A DNA stretch of 64,000 nucleotides, taken from assembly GCA_951406725.2 (NCBI GenBank), contig OX597821.1:89156001-89220000 (forward strand), in the 5' to 3' direction. A model generated the notes under the pieces. The model made no database searches. It was not told the origin of the DNA and saw only the letters and a program-made list of their open reading frames with translations. Positions 63,532 to 64,000 of the stretch are shown here, piece after piece; the first letter of the stretch is position 1, and every line of letters starts with the position of its first letter. A program made the translations under genes and the position numbers. The DNA comes from Octopus vulgaris. Lineage: Eukaryota.

Positions 63532-64000
63532 CCATGCCTAAGGCAAGTGTCAAATTTGTCTGCATAATTACAGATATTTGCCCCCACCCAAATTTCGATG
63601 ATCATAACTTTTAGAAAAATGGATATTTTTAAATAAAATTTTTTACCAATATGTGTTTTATCACGTAGATGCCGACTATATAAGTATTTGAAGGGGGAGT
63701 GTTTTATGAGGGGGCAGGGAATGTCTGAAAATTCACCAGAGTCTACTTCAATTCGTCGTAACTTTCAAGAAAGTGGATATTTTTTTTTAATGAAATTTTC
63801 TACAAATATACCACGGACTATGTAGATTCGGAGGACATAGGAATTTTGGGGAGAAAACAATTGGGGTTATTTTTGAGAACTGTTCCGCACTCGGTAGTGT
63901 TTCGGAACAAGTCATCCATATTTCTTTCATTTTCTCCGTTTTGTGAGTTTGGACATCCGTAGATTTCTGCTGAAGCAACAAACACATAATGAAGGCAAAT

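Overview
AT-rich eukaryotic non-coding DNA (intergenic or intronic), saturated with microsatellites and transposable elements. The repeat spectrum looks like a coleoid cephalopod (Octopus-type) genome; this is inferred from pattern recognition, not from a search. I find no credible host gene: nearly all listed ORFs are translations of microsatellites or SINEs. Supported features are: a full-length but dead mariner (31-bp TIRs, TA TSD, DD34D); a non-autonomous Helitron; mariner-type MITEs; relics of R4/Dong-type, CR1-type and Penelope retroelements; a tRNA-Ala(AGC) pseudogene; and about 30 copies of several tRNA-derived SINE families. The most interesting signals are: (i) several short elements next to (TA)n that carry hammerhead-ribozyme-like cores and/or inverted arms, including one near-complete type I hammerhead at 28480-28549, near a decayed Penelope ORF; (ii) a pre-tRNA-Ala plus SINE chimera enclosed by an 18-bp direct repeat; (iii) SINE concatemers joined at the same position at independent loci; (iv) SINE heads joined to different tails. 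All alignments and folds were done by eye, so boundaries of degenerate elements are approximate.
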